Part shown: piece after piece, positions 51,779 through 60,491 of the stretch | Layout of the letters: every line of letters starts with the position of its first letter | Numbering within the stretch: the stretch's first letter is position 1 | NCBI GenBank assembly: GCA_039928695.1 | Contig: JBDSSQ010000042.1 | Location: 1,216-65,215 of the forward strand | Reading direction: 5' to 3' | Length of the DNA: 64,000 nucleotides | From: Pseudolysinimonas sp. | Lineage (GTDB): Bacteria > Actinomycetota > Actinomycetes > Actinomycetales > Microbacteriaceae | Translations under genes and position numbers: made by a program | The notes under the pieces: generated by a model | Seen by the model: only the letters and a program-made list of their open reading frames with translations | Database searches by the model: none | Told to the model about the DNA's origin: nothing

Positions 51779-52753
51779 ATGCGCGTGACTGATCAAGCAA
51801 CGCGCGTCGTGTCGGCGGGCTGGTACCAAGACCCCGCGTCATCTGTTCAGGTGCGCTGGTGGAACGGACTGGCCTGGACGGAACACGTGCGCGAGAAGCC
51901 GACTGTCTCCCCCGTCACGATGGGCCAGACGGCCATCGGCCAGGGCGGCCTCACGGTCGACACCCACGACATCCACGAGACCCACGAGTCGTCCACCGAG
52001 ACCCACGAGCAGCGCATCGCCGCCGTTCGCGACCTCGAGCACCAGTTCGGCATCGGAGCCGTCGAGAACCCGGTCGTCGGCAACAGGACGTCTGACTCGG
52101 CTGCGGGCACCGCGTCGGCAACAGCGCCGGCAACCGGACAGGCGACCACGCACTCCGCGACGCACACCATGTCGATGACCGCCGCACACGCCTCGACGGC
52201 TGCCGCGTGGATGATCTCGCTCAGCCCGCTGCTCGCTCTCGTGGTCGGACTCGCCGCCGCCTACGTCTACTTCTACTTGCTTCCCAGCATCTTCGTGTTC
52301 GTGATCGCCCTCGCGATCCCCTATCTGCTGTGCCTGCTCTGGGCGTTTGCTGACGCTCGCGCACTCCGCGACCGCGGCTACGAGCCTCCGAGCCCTGCCT
52401 TCGCTGCCCTGACCGGTCTGGGCTACCTGATCGTGCGCCGCACCCGGGTTCCGGGATCGGGCCCGGTCGCGATGCTGCTGGTCGTGGGAGTGCTGGCCTT
52501 TGGCAGCCTCCCCATCGCCGGCGCGTTGGGGCAAACGCAAGGGCTCACCAACGCGCTGAACATTCAGAGGACCATCAGCGCGGCATTGATCAAGGAGGGC
52601 AAGGCCGTCTCGGTCAACTGCCCGCCATTCGTCGATGCCGCAACGGTCGGGACGCTGTATACCTGCGATGCCACGACCGCCACCGGTGCACACCGGACGG
52701 TCTGGGTCAGCATCGACGGCCCCGACAAGTTCAGCTACTCGTTCGGCCTCTAA
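51779..52753 (+). CDS. DUF2510-domain membrane protein (paralog 2 of 4)
   Basis: GAAGGAGGGG RBS. AGWYQDPASSVQVRWWNGLAWTEH is followed by TMs and a C-terminal DUF4333-like domain (VSVNCPPFVDAATVGTLYTCDATTATGAHRTVWV). Confidence 0.75.
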   Translation: MRVTDQATRVVSAGWYQDPASSVQVRWWNGLAWTEHVREKPTVSPVTMGQTAIGQGGLTVDTHDIHETHESSTETHEQRIAAVRDLEHQFGIGAVENPVVGNRTSDSAAGTASATAPATGQATTHSATHTMSMTAAHASTAAAWMISLSPLLALVVGLAAAYVYFYLLPSIFVFVIALAIPYLLCLLWAFADARALRDRGYEPPSPAFAALTGLGYLIVRRTRVPGSGPVAMLLVVGVLAFGSLPIAGALGQTQGLTNALNIQRTISAALIKEGKAVSVNCPPFVDAATVGTLYTCDATTATGAHRTVWVSIDGPDKFSYSFGL

Positions 52754-53170
52754 GCACCCTCCCTCGCTCGTTGCGGGTAACGTAGACGGATGGGGAAACA
52801 CGTCAACGCCGACGCTGGGAGCGACGAGGGCGAGGCGCAGGAGTTCGCGGATGCCGAGCTGAGCGCCGATCCGCAGCACGAGCCGGCTCGACACGTCGCA
52901 GAGTCTGGACACCCGCTCGAGCCGCAGGCCGTCATCTCGCCAGACACTCATGTTGGCGTCGGTCCGAGCGCCCCGCCAGCCGGGGCCGCCGACGCGGCAC
53001 CATCACCCGCCAACCCCGACGCGCTGGTCGAGCACGGTCTGGTCGGCGACGGCCACGAGATGGAGTAGTCACCCGCGAAGAGGGGACTCACCCCTCGGGG
53101 CGGCTGTTATTAGGCTGAAAGCGGAGCGCGAGAAGACCCGATTCGAGCGCCCATCGAGGGGGGATCCTCT

Positions 53171-53581
53171 ATGTCATACCCGAATGACGCCCCCGCCGCT
53201 GCTTGGTATCCGGACCCGCAATCCCCCGGACGCGTGCGCTGGTGGGACGGGGCCAATTGGACTGAGCACGTCTCTGTTCCCGCAAACCCGATGCAGTCCG
53301 AGCAGATCGCGATCGAAGCGTCTGTGCCTCAGGTCAACTCTGTGCCTCAGGTCGACTCTGTGCCTCAGGTCGACTCTGTGCCCCAGATCGACGAGGCCGA
53401 CGCGGCTCTTGCCGCTGCCGACGCCGAGCACGCCGCAGCAGACGCCGCGGGAGAGCACGTCACCTACATCGGCCGGCATGCGGCCGGGCCTAACCCCGCG
53501 CCGCGGCAGGCGCCGCGCGTTCCACAGATCCGTCCGCGCCAGCGCGCAGAGGTGCCAGACGGGTCGCTGCTGTCCGCCTGA
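53171..53581 (+). CDS. DUF2510-domain protein (paralog 3 of 4, short, no TM)
   Basis: AAWYPDPQSPGRVRWWDGANWTEH is followed by SVPQV(N/D) x4, encoded by an 18-bp tandem repeat. Confidence 0.65.
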   Translation: MSYPNDAPAAAWYPDPQSPGRVRWWDGANWTEHVSVPANPMQSEQIAIEASVPQVNSVPQVDSVPQVDSVPQIDEADAALAAADAEHAAADAAGEHVTYIGRHAAGPNPAPRQAPRVPQIRPRQRAEVPDGSLLSA

Positions 53582-53676
53582 TCGTTCCTGATCCGACCAC
53601 GGCCCCGAACGGGGGTCTCTGATACCCGACGCCCGCCCCCTACTGTGGGGCCAGGAAACGTTGATGGGGGGAAAAC

Positions 53677-55515
53677 GTGTCCACTGCTTCGTCGACGCCG
53701 GCCGGGGGCTGGTACGCCGATCCGTTGGATGCATCGCTGTTGCGCTGGTGGGATGGTGCCACCTGGAGCAAGCAGACGATGCCGGCCGACCCTGCCCTGA
53801 GCGCGCCCGCCGAGGAGGCCCAACTGGCCCCGGCCGTTACGCCCCCTCTTCTGACGGCCGTCCCGCGCGTAGAAGAACCGTACGTTCCCTCGAACTCGGT
53901 GTTCCGGATGGCCGAAACCGCGGGTGGCGAAGCGTACGTTCCTGAGTGGTCCGGCCTCGTCGACATCTCGGAGGAGGTCGCCAGGAGCGGGGTTCCCGTT
54001 CAACTCGCCCTCACCTCAACGCCCAGCGAGCCGCCGATCCCGATTTCGGCCGACGTCTTTCCGATCCTTCGGGCCGGTGAGCCGATCATCCCTGTCGTGA
54101 AAGACCCGGTCTGGAAGGTAGAAGAACCGCTGGCCGCGCCCGTTGACCAGCTGTTCCCGACCGCAGGGGCCACGCCGGCCACTGCTTTCCCGACTGAGGC
54201 TTTCCCGGCTGCGGCTTTCCCGACGGACGCCTCTCATGCGCCATCACCTGTGCCGCTGCCGTCTGGCGAGTCGTTCCCCGGAATCGTCCCGACCGTTGCG
54301 CCGACCATGTTCGCCGAACCACCAGCACCGACCGCACCGCCAGCTCCCGTCGCACCGATTGCCGTTGCACCTGTTGCACCTGTTGCACCGCCAGCTCCCG
54401 TCGCGACTGTTGAGCCGGTCGCACCGCTGGCTCCCGTTGAGCCGGTCGCGCCGCTCGCTCCCGCGGCTCCGGTCGCACCCGAGCCCACCATCTACGCAGG
54501 GCCGCCGCCCGTTGAGGTCGCGCCCGACCCGGTCGCTCCACCGAACTTCCAACCGTTCGCGGCGAGCACACCGGGCGCCAGCTATGTGCCTGTTGCGCCT
54601 CGGCCGATCCCGCAGCCGCTTCAGCTCGGGGCGCCCTCGATTCCCGCCACGTCCTCCGAGCTCGTCCCGGCGACTCCCTACACGATGCCGACCCCGCCGG
54701 CCGAGTACTGGCCGACCCAAGGGACTCCGCCTCCCGGGGTCCAAAATGAGCCGACTCCCGGCGCCTACGTGCCGTTCGACCCGAGCGCCGTGCACCTGGA
54801 GCCGGTCCCGGTTATTCCGTTCAGTTCACGGGATCCCTTCAACTCGGCCAGCACCGCTCGCCCCGGCATGCGGGCGTACGCCGCAGCTCCCATCGGCCCC
54901 AGCGGCTCGACCTGGACCGGCGGCCTCGCGTTCATGCTCCTGGCTCCGCTGATCTCGACCGCGACGTTCTTCGTCTGGACGCAGCTCACCCCGCTCACCC
55001 AGCTTTCGGTGGCCTCCACTGGCTGGCTGCCCTTCGCCTTCATCGGCATCGGACTGATCGGTCTGGCGTCGGCGCAGTTCGACAGGAACGCTCTGGCGCG
55101 CCGCGGCTACTTCGACCTGGCTTCGCCCTTCTGGGTGCTGCTGATCCCACCCCTGGTCTACCTGATCGTTCGAGCGCTGCGCCTGCGCGGCCAGGGTAAG
55201 GGCGCTGGTGCCGCCATCGGCCTGTTACTGCTGTCGTCGGTTGCGGCCAATGTTCTGATCGGCCTGGTTTCTGTCGGGTGGCTTTCGGCGCCGACCCCCG
55301 AGCGCGTTGCGTACGTCGAGACGACGATGCAGCAGCAACTCGCGGCTAAACAGATCACCGCGAAGGTGACCTGCCCCGCTGTGACGAGCTTCTCGCCCGG
55401 AGCGACCTTTGATTGCACGGCGGTGACTCAAGGGTCGTCCTTGTCGTTCCGCGTGACGGTGGTCGACTGGGAAGGCGACTTCACCGCGGTACCGGTGACC
55501 TCCGCCACGTCCTGA
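53677..55515 (+). CDS. DUF2510-domain membrane protein (paralog 4 of 4) with a long Pro/Ala/Val-rich linker
   Basis: GTG start after GGGGGGA. GGWYADPLDASLLRWWDGATWSKQ is followed by a ~330-aa low-complexity PAV region, TMs, and a C-terminal DUF4333-like domain (KVTCPAVTSFSPGATFDCTAVTQGSSLSFRVTV). Confidence 0.75.
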   Translation: MSTASSTPAGGWYADPLDASLLRWWDGATWSKQTMPADPALSAPAEEAQLAPAVTPPLLTAVPRVEEPYVPSNSVFRMAETAGGEAYVPEWSGLVDISEEVARSGVPVQLALTSTPSEPPIPISADVFPILRAGEPIIPVVKDPVWKVEEPLAAPVDQLFPTAGATPATAFPTEAFPAAAFPTDASHAPSPVPLPSGESFPGIVPTVAPTMFAEPPAPTAPPAPVAPIAVAPVAPVAPPAPVATVEPVAPLAPVEPVAPLAPAAPVAPEPTIYAGPPPVEVAPDPVAPPNFQPFAASTPGASYVPVAPRPIPQPLQLGAPSIPATSSELVPATPYTMPTPPAEYWPTQGTPPPGVQNEPTPGAYVPFDPSAVHLEPVPVIPFSSRDPFNSASTARPGMRAYAAAPIGPSGSTWTGGLAFMLLAPLISTATFFVWTQLTPLTQLSVASTGWLPFAFIGIGLIGLASAQFDRNALARRGYFDLASPFWVLLIPPLVYLIVRALRLRGQGKGAGAAIGLLLLSSVAANVLIGLVSVGWLSAPTPERVAYVETTMQQQLAAKQITAKVTCPAVTSFSPGATFDCTAVTQGSSLSFRVTVVDWEGDFTAVPVTSATS

Positions 55516-55560
55516 TCCTTCGGCGTGCCTGCGTCACCTGTCGTGCCTAGGCTGAAGGGA

Positions 55561-56241
55561 ATGCGACTTCTTCTGATCCGGCACGGGCAAACGCCGGCGA
55601 ACGTGCGCGGCGAGCTCGACACCGCGGCTCCCGGCCCGGCGCTCACCGAGTTGGGCAGGGCGCAGGCGGCCGCCATCCCGGATTCGCTGACATCCGAGCG
55701 GATCGACGGCATCTACGCGTCGCGACTCATCCGCACTCAGCAGACCGCGGCGCCGCTCGCGCGCGTCCGAGGCGAGATGCACCGAGTGGTGCTGCCCGGC
55801 ATCCACGAGATCGAGGCCGGCAAGCTCGAGGGCCGAACAGACAAAGACGCCGTGCGCGCCTACGTCGACGTCATCTGGGCATGGGCTGCCGGCGACCTCG
55901 GGGTGCGCATGCCGGGTGCCGGTGACGGCCACGAGTTCTACGGACGCTTCGACGCAGACTTGGCCGACATCGCCGCCGAGCATGATTCGGATGCCACGGT
56001 CGCCCTGTTCAGCCACGGCGCGGCCATCAGGGTCTGGACCGCCGCCCGCGCCACGAATATCGCCCCTGACTTTCCCGGACGGCAGCACCTCGACAACACC
56101 GGCGTCGTCGCGCTGGAAGGGTCGCCAAGCGCCGGATGGCGCGTCACCAGCTGGGCCGGCGAGCCCATGGGCGGCGCCGACTTGAACGACCCGAATGCCG
56201 ACGACGTGACGGGCGAACCGCTGGATGAGGCGGTCGAGTAG
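55561..56241 (+). CDS. Histidine phosphatase (phosphoglycerate-mutase-like) family protein
   Basis: GAAGGGA RBS. MRLLLIRHGQTPANVRGELD has the RHG motif, and later ...LFSHGAAIR. Confidence 0.8.
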   Translation: MRLLLIRHGQTPANVRGELDTAAPGPALTELGRAQAAAIPDSLTSERIDGIYASRLIRTQQTAAPLARVRGEMHRVVLPGIHEIEAGKLEGRTDKDAVRAYVDVIWAWAAGDLGVRMPGAGDGHEFYGRFDADLADIAAEHDSDATVALFSHGAAIRVWTAARATNIAPDFPGRQHLDNTGVVALEGSPSAGWRVTSWAGEPMGGADLNDPNADDVTGEPLDEAVE

Positions 56242-56243
56242 CT

Positions 56244-57818
56244 TTACTTGCCCTTCAGGTCTTTGCGCAGAATCTTGCCTGCCGCCGACTTCGGCACGGC
56301 CTCGATGAACGACACAGCGCGCACTTTCTTGTGCGGAGCGACCTGCGATGCGATGAACTGCATCACGGCCTCCGCGTCGAGTTCTGATCCGTCTTTCAGC
56401 ACGACGAACGCCTTGGGGATCTCGCCGGCTTCTTCGTCGAGGGCGGCGACCACCGCGGCATCCGCGATCTCGGGATGCGTCAGCAGCAGCGCCTCAAGCT
56501 CGGCGGGCGCCACCTGGTAGCCCTTGTACTTGATGAGTTCTTTGAGCCGGTCGACGATCTGGAACGACCCGTCCTGGTTGACCAGCGCGATGTCACCGGT
56601 GTGCAGAAAGCCGTCGTCGTCGATGGTCTCGTGGGTGGCTGCATCCTGGCCGAGGTAACCGAGCATGACGTTCGGACCGCGCACCCACAGCTCGCCTGCC
56701 TCGCTTGCGCCCTCTGCGGGCATCTCGATCTCGGCCCCGGTCTCGGTGTTGACGAGCTTGCACTCGATGTTGGCGATCGGGAATCCGATCGTGCCGCGCG
56801 AGAGGTCGTCGCGGTCTGGCGGGATGACGTGCGAGACCGGGCTGAGCTCGCTCATGCCGTAACCCTGCTGCATGTGGGTGCCGAGGCGTGCGGTGACCGC
56901 GTTGGCGAGCGCCTCATCCATCGGCGCGGCGCCGCTCATCATGCCGCGGATGCTCGACAGGTCGTACTGGTCGACGATCGGATGCTTGGCCAGCGCCACC
57001 GCGACGGGTGGGGCGATGAACGCGAACGTGCTCTTCTGGTCTTGGATGACCTGCAAGAACTGCGGGAGGTCGAACCTCGGCAGGGTGATCAGCGATGCGC
57101 GACGGTAGAAGGCAAGGTTCAACAGCACGGTCATGCCGTAGATGTGGAAGAACGGCAGGAAGGCCATGATCCGGTCGTCCGCCGTTGCGTCGAGCACGGG
57201 CTTGCACTGCACGACGTTGGCCACCAGGTTGGTGTGGCTGAGTTGCACGCCCTTGGCGAATCCTGTCGTGCCCGATGAGTACGGGATGACGGCAACATGC
57301 GTCGCGGGATCGAAGCTCACCTCGGGCGGCGTCGCACCCTCGCCCAGCAGGTCACGGAGGGCCGTGTAACCCTCGAAGCCGTCGAGTACGACGATCTTGT
57401 CGTCGGGGATCCCCGCAGCCGCCGCAGCGGCGCTGGCGACCGGCAGCAGCGGGATCACCGTGAAGAGCATCTTGGCTTTCGAGTCGGTGAGTTGGCGCCC
57501 CATCTCTTCTGCGGTGTACAGCGCGTTGACCGTGGTGGCCGTCGCACCCGAGCGCAGGATGCCGTGGAACACCGTCGCGAAGGCCGGCACGTTGGGCGAG
57601 TGCAGAGCGATGACGTCGCCCGAGCCGAGCCCGCGGGCCGCGAGCGCCCCGGCCAGCAGGTCGATGTGCGCCTTCAGGGTGCCGAAGTTCGTCTCCGCAC
57701 CGGAGGGGCCGTCGATGAGCGCGACGCGGGCGGCATCCTCCGCGCCCAGATCTTTGAACAAGAAGTCGTAGACGCTGACCTTCGGGATGACCTCGTCCGG
57801 GTACGGGCTCTTGAACAT
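56244..57818 (-). CDS. AMP-dependent acyl-CoA synthetase/ligase (4-coumarate-CoA-ligase-like)
   Basis: AAAGGAG RBS before ATG 57818 (MFKSPYPDEVIP). The AMP-binding motif is IPYSSGTTGFAKGV, followed by ...GYGMSE..., ...TGD...DGSFQIVDRLKELIKYKG.... Confidence 0.88.
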   Translation of the reverse strand: MFKSPYPDEVIPKVSVYDFLFKDLGAEDAARVALIDGPSGAETNFGTLKAHIDLLAGALAARGLGSGDVIALHSPNVPAFATVFHGILRSGATATTVNALYTAEEMGRQLTDSKAKMLFTVIPLLPVASAAAAAAGIPDDKIVVLDGFEGYTALRDLLGEGATPPEVSFDPATHVAVIPYSSGTTGFAKGVQLSHTNLVANVVQCKPVLDATADDRIMAFLPFFHIYGMTVLLNLAFYRRASLITLPRFDLPQFLQVIQDQKSTFAFIAPPVAVALAKHPIVDQYDLSSIRGMMSGAAPMDEALANAVTARLGTHMQQGYGMSELSPVSHVIPPDRDDLSRGTIGFPIANIECKLVNTETGAEIEMPAEGASEAGELWVRGPNVMLGYLGQDAATHETIDDDGFLHTGDIALVNQDGSFQIVDRLKELIKYKGYQVAPAELEALLLTHPEIADAAVVAALDEEAGEIPKAFVVLKDGSELDAEAVMQFIASQVAPHKKVRAVSFIEAVPKSAAGKILRKDLKGK

Positions 57819-58120
57819 GCGATCTCCTTTGATCGGGTTGCCTGAATCCTCGCATTGGGGAGTCGGCATGTCCACGGCGCCCCTGGGTGTTGCCCGCACG
57901 TCGGCGGCGCGGCCTTGCACCTGGCGCGGCAGCAGGGTGGGCTGAACTGGTGTTCATGACCATCCCGCCCGAACCGGGCGCCCCGAACCCCGATGAGCCG
58001 GGTGCGCCCAACCCGCCCGAGCCCGGGATGCCCGACCCGAACGCTGCACCGCCCACCGGCTCAGTCCCCCGCTGAGGAGCGTTCGGTTCGAGAACGGGTG
58101 TTTCCCGGTGGCAGAGTGGA

Positions 58121-58585
58121 TCAGCCGTCGGGGAACACTCGTTTGTACGAGCGACCATCGGGCAACGTGACCATCTCGGCACGCAACTGCCCGCGCGAGA
58201 CGCGGAGGTAGATCGCCTGCGCTGTCACGCCGAGTTGCCCGGCCGCCTCGGCCACCGAGAGCCCCGGCAGTTCGGTCGGTTTGCTGCTCGGTCGCTCGCT
58301 CCGCTTGCGGCCGGCCTCGTGGCGCGCGGCGATCTCGGCGTCATCCCCTTGCCATCGCCATCGGGATGCCGCGGGGCTGAGCTGCGCGGCCTGAGCAACG
58401 TCGCTCCAACTCGCGCCCGCTTCGAGCGCGGCCCGCACGGCGGCCAGGGCAGCTGGATCGGCCTCGAGCTCGGCCAGCACCCCGCGGATCGCGGCAACCC
58501 GCGCGAGCGGTGCAGCGGCGGCATCCTCGTCGAGGGCGAGGAGTCGCTCGAGGGCGGCGCGCGTCGTCACGGCGAGGAAGGTCAT
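58121..58585 (-). CDS. Helix-turn-helix protein (excisionase/MerR-like HTH at the C-terminus), third gene of the PIN module
   Basis: MTFLAVTTRAALERLL...ASWSDVAQAAQLSPAAS...LSVAEAAGQLGVTAQAIYLRVSRGQL. Its ATG overlaps the PIN stop (ATGA, 58582-58585). Confidence 0.6.
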   Translation of the reverse strand: MTFLAVTTRAALERLLALDEDAAAAPLARVAAIRGVLAELEADPAALAAVRAALEAGASWSDVAQAAQLSPAASRWRWQGDDAEIAARHEAGRKRSERPSSKPTELPGLSVAEAAGQLGVTAQAIYLRVSRGQLRAEMVTLPDGRSYKRVFPDG

Positions 58586-58974
58586 GGCGCGATCACATCG
58601 ACAGCCAACCCGTGGGATGCCGTGGCAAGCCGTGAGTCGTTGGTCCACAGTTGCCGGCAGCCCGTGAGTTGGGCGGTGGCGAGGTGGAGGGCATCCGGAG
58701 TCCGCAGCCCTTGCCGGGCTCGCAGCTCGGCAGCCCTGAGGTGCTCGGGCACGCCAGCAACGAGCACTCGGAACTGATCGAACGCGTGGCGATAGTGGTC
58801 CGCCAGCGCCAGATCTTCATGCCGAAACGGCCCGACCAGGCACTCCAGCATCACCAGTGGAGCGATCGCGATCACCTCATCGCCCGCCTCTGCGAGACGT
58901 TGCCGTACAGCGTCGCCACGTGCCGAGTCGTCTTCGACGGCGTAGATGACAATGCAGGAGTCGAGATAGATCAC
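58582..58974 (-). CDS. PIN-domain toxin (VapC-like)
   Basis: (V)IYLDSCIVIYAVEDD...LRTPDALHLATAQLTGCRQLWTNDSRL. The GTG at 58974 overlaps the antitoxin stop (GTGA). The track's extension to 59259 overlaps the antitoxin gene. Confidence 0.75.
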   Translation of the reverse strand: MIYLDSCIVIYAVEDDSARGDAVRQRLAEAGDEVIAIAPLVMLECLVGPFRHEDLALADHYRHAFDQFRVLVAGVPEHLRAAELRARQGLRTPDALHLATAQLTGCRQLWTNDSRLATASHGLAVDVIAP

Positions 58975-59231
58975 TCCCAGTCGGCGCGCTCTCGTGCGAT
59001 GCGTTCGTCGAGATCTGCAGACGAGGCCGCCTCGCGGACCGGGGCTGCGTTGGTTGTCAGCCATCGCGCAGCTGCACTGGCGGAATGGACGACCCCCTCG
59101 GCGGTGACAACGGGGACCAACCGAACCACCGGCGTGCCGCGCTTGGCGATCACAACGTCTTCGCCATTGCCCGCCGCGGTCACCAACTGCGAGAGAGTGT
59201 TGCGCGCATCCAAGATGTTGACCGGCTCCAC
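58971..59231 (-). CDS. Phd/YefM-type antitoxin
   Basis: GGGAG RBS and GTG start. (M)EPVNILDARNTLSQLVTAAGNGEDVVIAKRGTPVVRLVPV. Confidence 0.75.
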   Translation of the reverse strand: MEPVNILDARNTLSQLVTAAGNGEDVVIAKRGTPVVRLVPVVTAEGVVHSASAAARWLTTNAAPVREAASSADLDERIARERADWE

Positions 59232-59256
59232 AATGCTCCCTTCGGCGACCGCAGCA

Positions 59257-59282
59257 CACCTGGCTAGGTCACCTGGCTAGGT
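59257..59282. promoter_or_regulatory. Perfect 13-bp tandem direct repeat CACCTGGCTAGGT x2 upstream of the antitoxin gene (candidate operator)
   Basis: Read directly. It lies 26-51 nt upstream of GTG 59231. Confidence 0.4.
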
Positions 59283-59308
59283 TAGCACTCACTCCGCTCC
59301 CCCGGACT

Positions 59309-59325
59309 CGAACATTCAGTGTTCG
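59309..59325 (-). terminator. Short hairpin CGAACA-ttcag-TGTTCG just downstream of the vapC-like gene (candidate terminator)
   Basis: A 6-bp stem and 5-nt loop lie 22 nt past the TAA at 59347. There is no U-tract, so this is weak. Confidence 0.3.
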
Positions 59326-59346
59326 GGCCCGTTTCGTGTCAGACGC

Positions 59347-59718
59347 TTACAGGGTTCGAACGTCGTACGCCCGGCAGCGCTCGTCAGCGGTCACGAACAC
59401 CAGGTCGTCGGTGATCGCCTGCGAGATCAGCATGCGGTCGAACGGATCGCGATGGTGGTGGGGCAAGGTGAGCAGCGGTGCAGCATGCGCGGCCGTGAAA
59501 GGGAGAGAGTTGGCTCCCCACTCCCCCAATCCGGAAACCAATCCGTCGGGAACTGTGAGCTTGTTCAGCCCGACCTTGATAGCCATCTCGGCAAGAGATA
59601 CGGACGATACGAAGATCGTATTTCGCGCATTTCGGATCGCATCGACTTGCGCTCGCGTCAGCCGCCGCTCGTCGAAGCGCGACCACAGCAGCACGTGCGT
59701 GTCGAGCAAGAGCCTCAC
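59347..59718 (-). CDS. PIN-domain toxin (VapC family)
   Basis: MRLLLDTHVLLWSRFDERRLT...IFVSSVSLAEMAIK...HHRDPFDRMLISQAITDDLVFVTADE is the classic VapC/FitB-like pattern. It overlaps the antitoxin gene by 4 nt. Confidence 0.85.
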   Translation of the reverse strand: MRLLLDTHVLLWSRFDERRLTRAQVDAIRNARNTIFVSSVSLAEMAIKVGLNKLTVPDGLVSGLGEWGANSLPFTAAHAAPLLTLPHHHRDPFDRMLISQAITDDLVFVTADERCRAYDVRTL

Positions 59719-59948
59719 TCGCCGTACCAGTCCTTCTCGTCTTGCTCCGTGAAGTCGTCGAAGTCTTCCGACATCCAGATCTGCCCGGCAAAGTCGCCGA
59801 GAACTCGCGGCTCAGTTCGCTGGACGACGGGCGTCAGCCGAGCAATAGGCCGTCCGTTTCGAGAGATCACCACTTCTTCACCCGCCTCCACTTCGGTCAG
59901 CAGCTTGGACAGCGACGTCTTCGCTTCATACACGCTCACCATCCGCAT
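59715..59948 (-). CDS. Phd/YefM-type antitoxin
   Basis: MRMVSVYEAKTSLSKLLTEVEAGEEVVISRNGRPIARLTPV...GQIWMSEDFDDFTEQDEKDWYGE. Confidence 0.85.
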   Translation of the reverse strand: MRMVSVYEAKTSLSKLLTEVEAGEEVVISRNGRPIARLTPVVQRTEPRVLGDFAGQIWMSEDFDDFTEQDEKDWYGE

Positions 59949-59966
59949 GAGCCGATCTTAGCGATT

Positions 59967-59984
59967 TTGGTCAAATCTGACCAA
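59967..59984. promoter_or_regulatory. Inverted repeat TTGGTCA-aatc-TGACCAA upstream of the Phd/PIN pair (candidate operator), overlapping the stop of the upstream gene
   Basis: Read directly. It lies 19-36 nt upstream of ATG 59948. Confidence 0.4.
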
Positions 59985-60396
59985 CATCTTCCGGCCCGAT
60001 CCACCGCAGACCGGCGTCGTGGCAGATGAGTGGCCCACGCAGTGGCACTCCGGCCAGTTGGCATGCTTCCGCCGCGAGAGCGAGCCACTCGCGGTCAGAG
60101 GTGCTGATCGAATCCGAACCGGGGCGCTCAAGTACGAAGACGACGGATGTGGCATCCAACTCGTCGACAAGGTCGCCGATGAAGTGGGCGATGGTCTCGG
60201 TATGACGTCTGCCGGGACGGCGCGGGATCGACGAGGGCATCAGCAGCGGCAACTGGAAGGACTCCTCGTCGAGAAACATCAACCAGAGTTGCCGCCGCAT
60301 GGCCCGCTCGAGAAGCGCGACAACGCGATCTCGAACGGCGTCATCTGTGTCGAGAGGGATGTTGTCGACATCGGCAAAAGAGGGAGGCGTGTGCAT
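59971..60396 (-). CDS. Hypothetical 141-aa protein; the C-terminal half is laid out like a RadC/JAB (MPN) domain with the HxH metal ligands replaced
   Basis: ...LWLMFLDEESFQLPLLM...ATSVVFVLERPGSDSISTSDREWLALAAEACQLAGVPLRGPLICHDAGLRWIG compares with the RadC pattern ..f.vl.LD..n.l.....a..vIl.HNHPSG...PS..D...T..L..A....gi.llDH.i. The comparison was made by eye. The RBS is weak. Confidence 0.45.
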   Translation of the reverse strand: MHTPPSFADVDNIPLDTDDAVRDRVVALLERAMRRQLWLMFLDEESFQLPLLMPSSIPRRPGRRHTETIAHFIGDLVDELDATSVVFVLERPGSDSISTSDREWLALAAEACQLAGVPLRGPLICHDAGLRWIGPEDVGQI

Positions 60397-60491
60397 CGCG
60401 CCAGCTTTGCGACCGCGATGGTGGGGTATGGGCGAGAGTTTGCCAACTGTGGACGCTCGACAACAGTCGTGCGGTCAGGAGGAACTGAGCG

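Noticed and set aside
57956-58075. Pro-rich 39-codon ORF (MTIPPEPGAPNPDEPGAPNPPEPGMPDPNAAPPTGSVPR) between the acyl-CoA synthetase and the island.
   Set aside because: There is no convincing RBS, and the composition is what CCG/CCC-rich random sequence gives. I noted its resemblance to the twin mini-ORFs at 7167-7367 but consider it insufficient on its own.
59347-59370. GGTTCGAAC, a tRNA T-loop-like string that could have marked an island attachment site.
   Set aside because: It lies inside the PIN ORF and lacks the complementary T-stem and acceptor arm. I found no cloverleaf there or anywhere else in the window.
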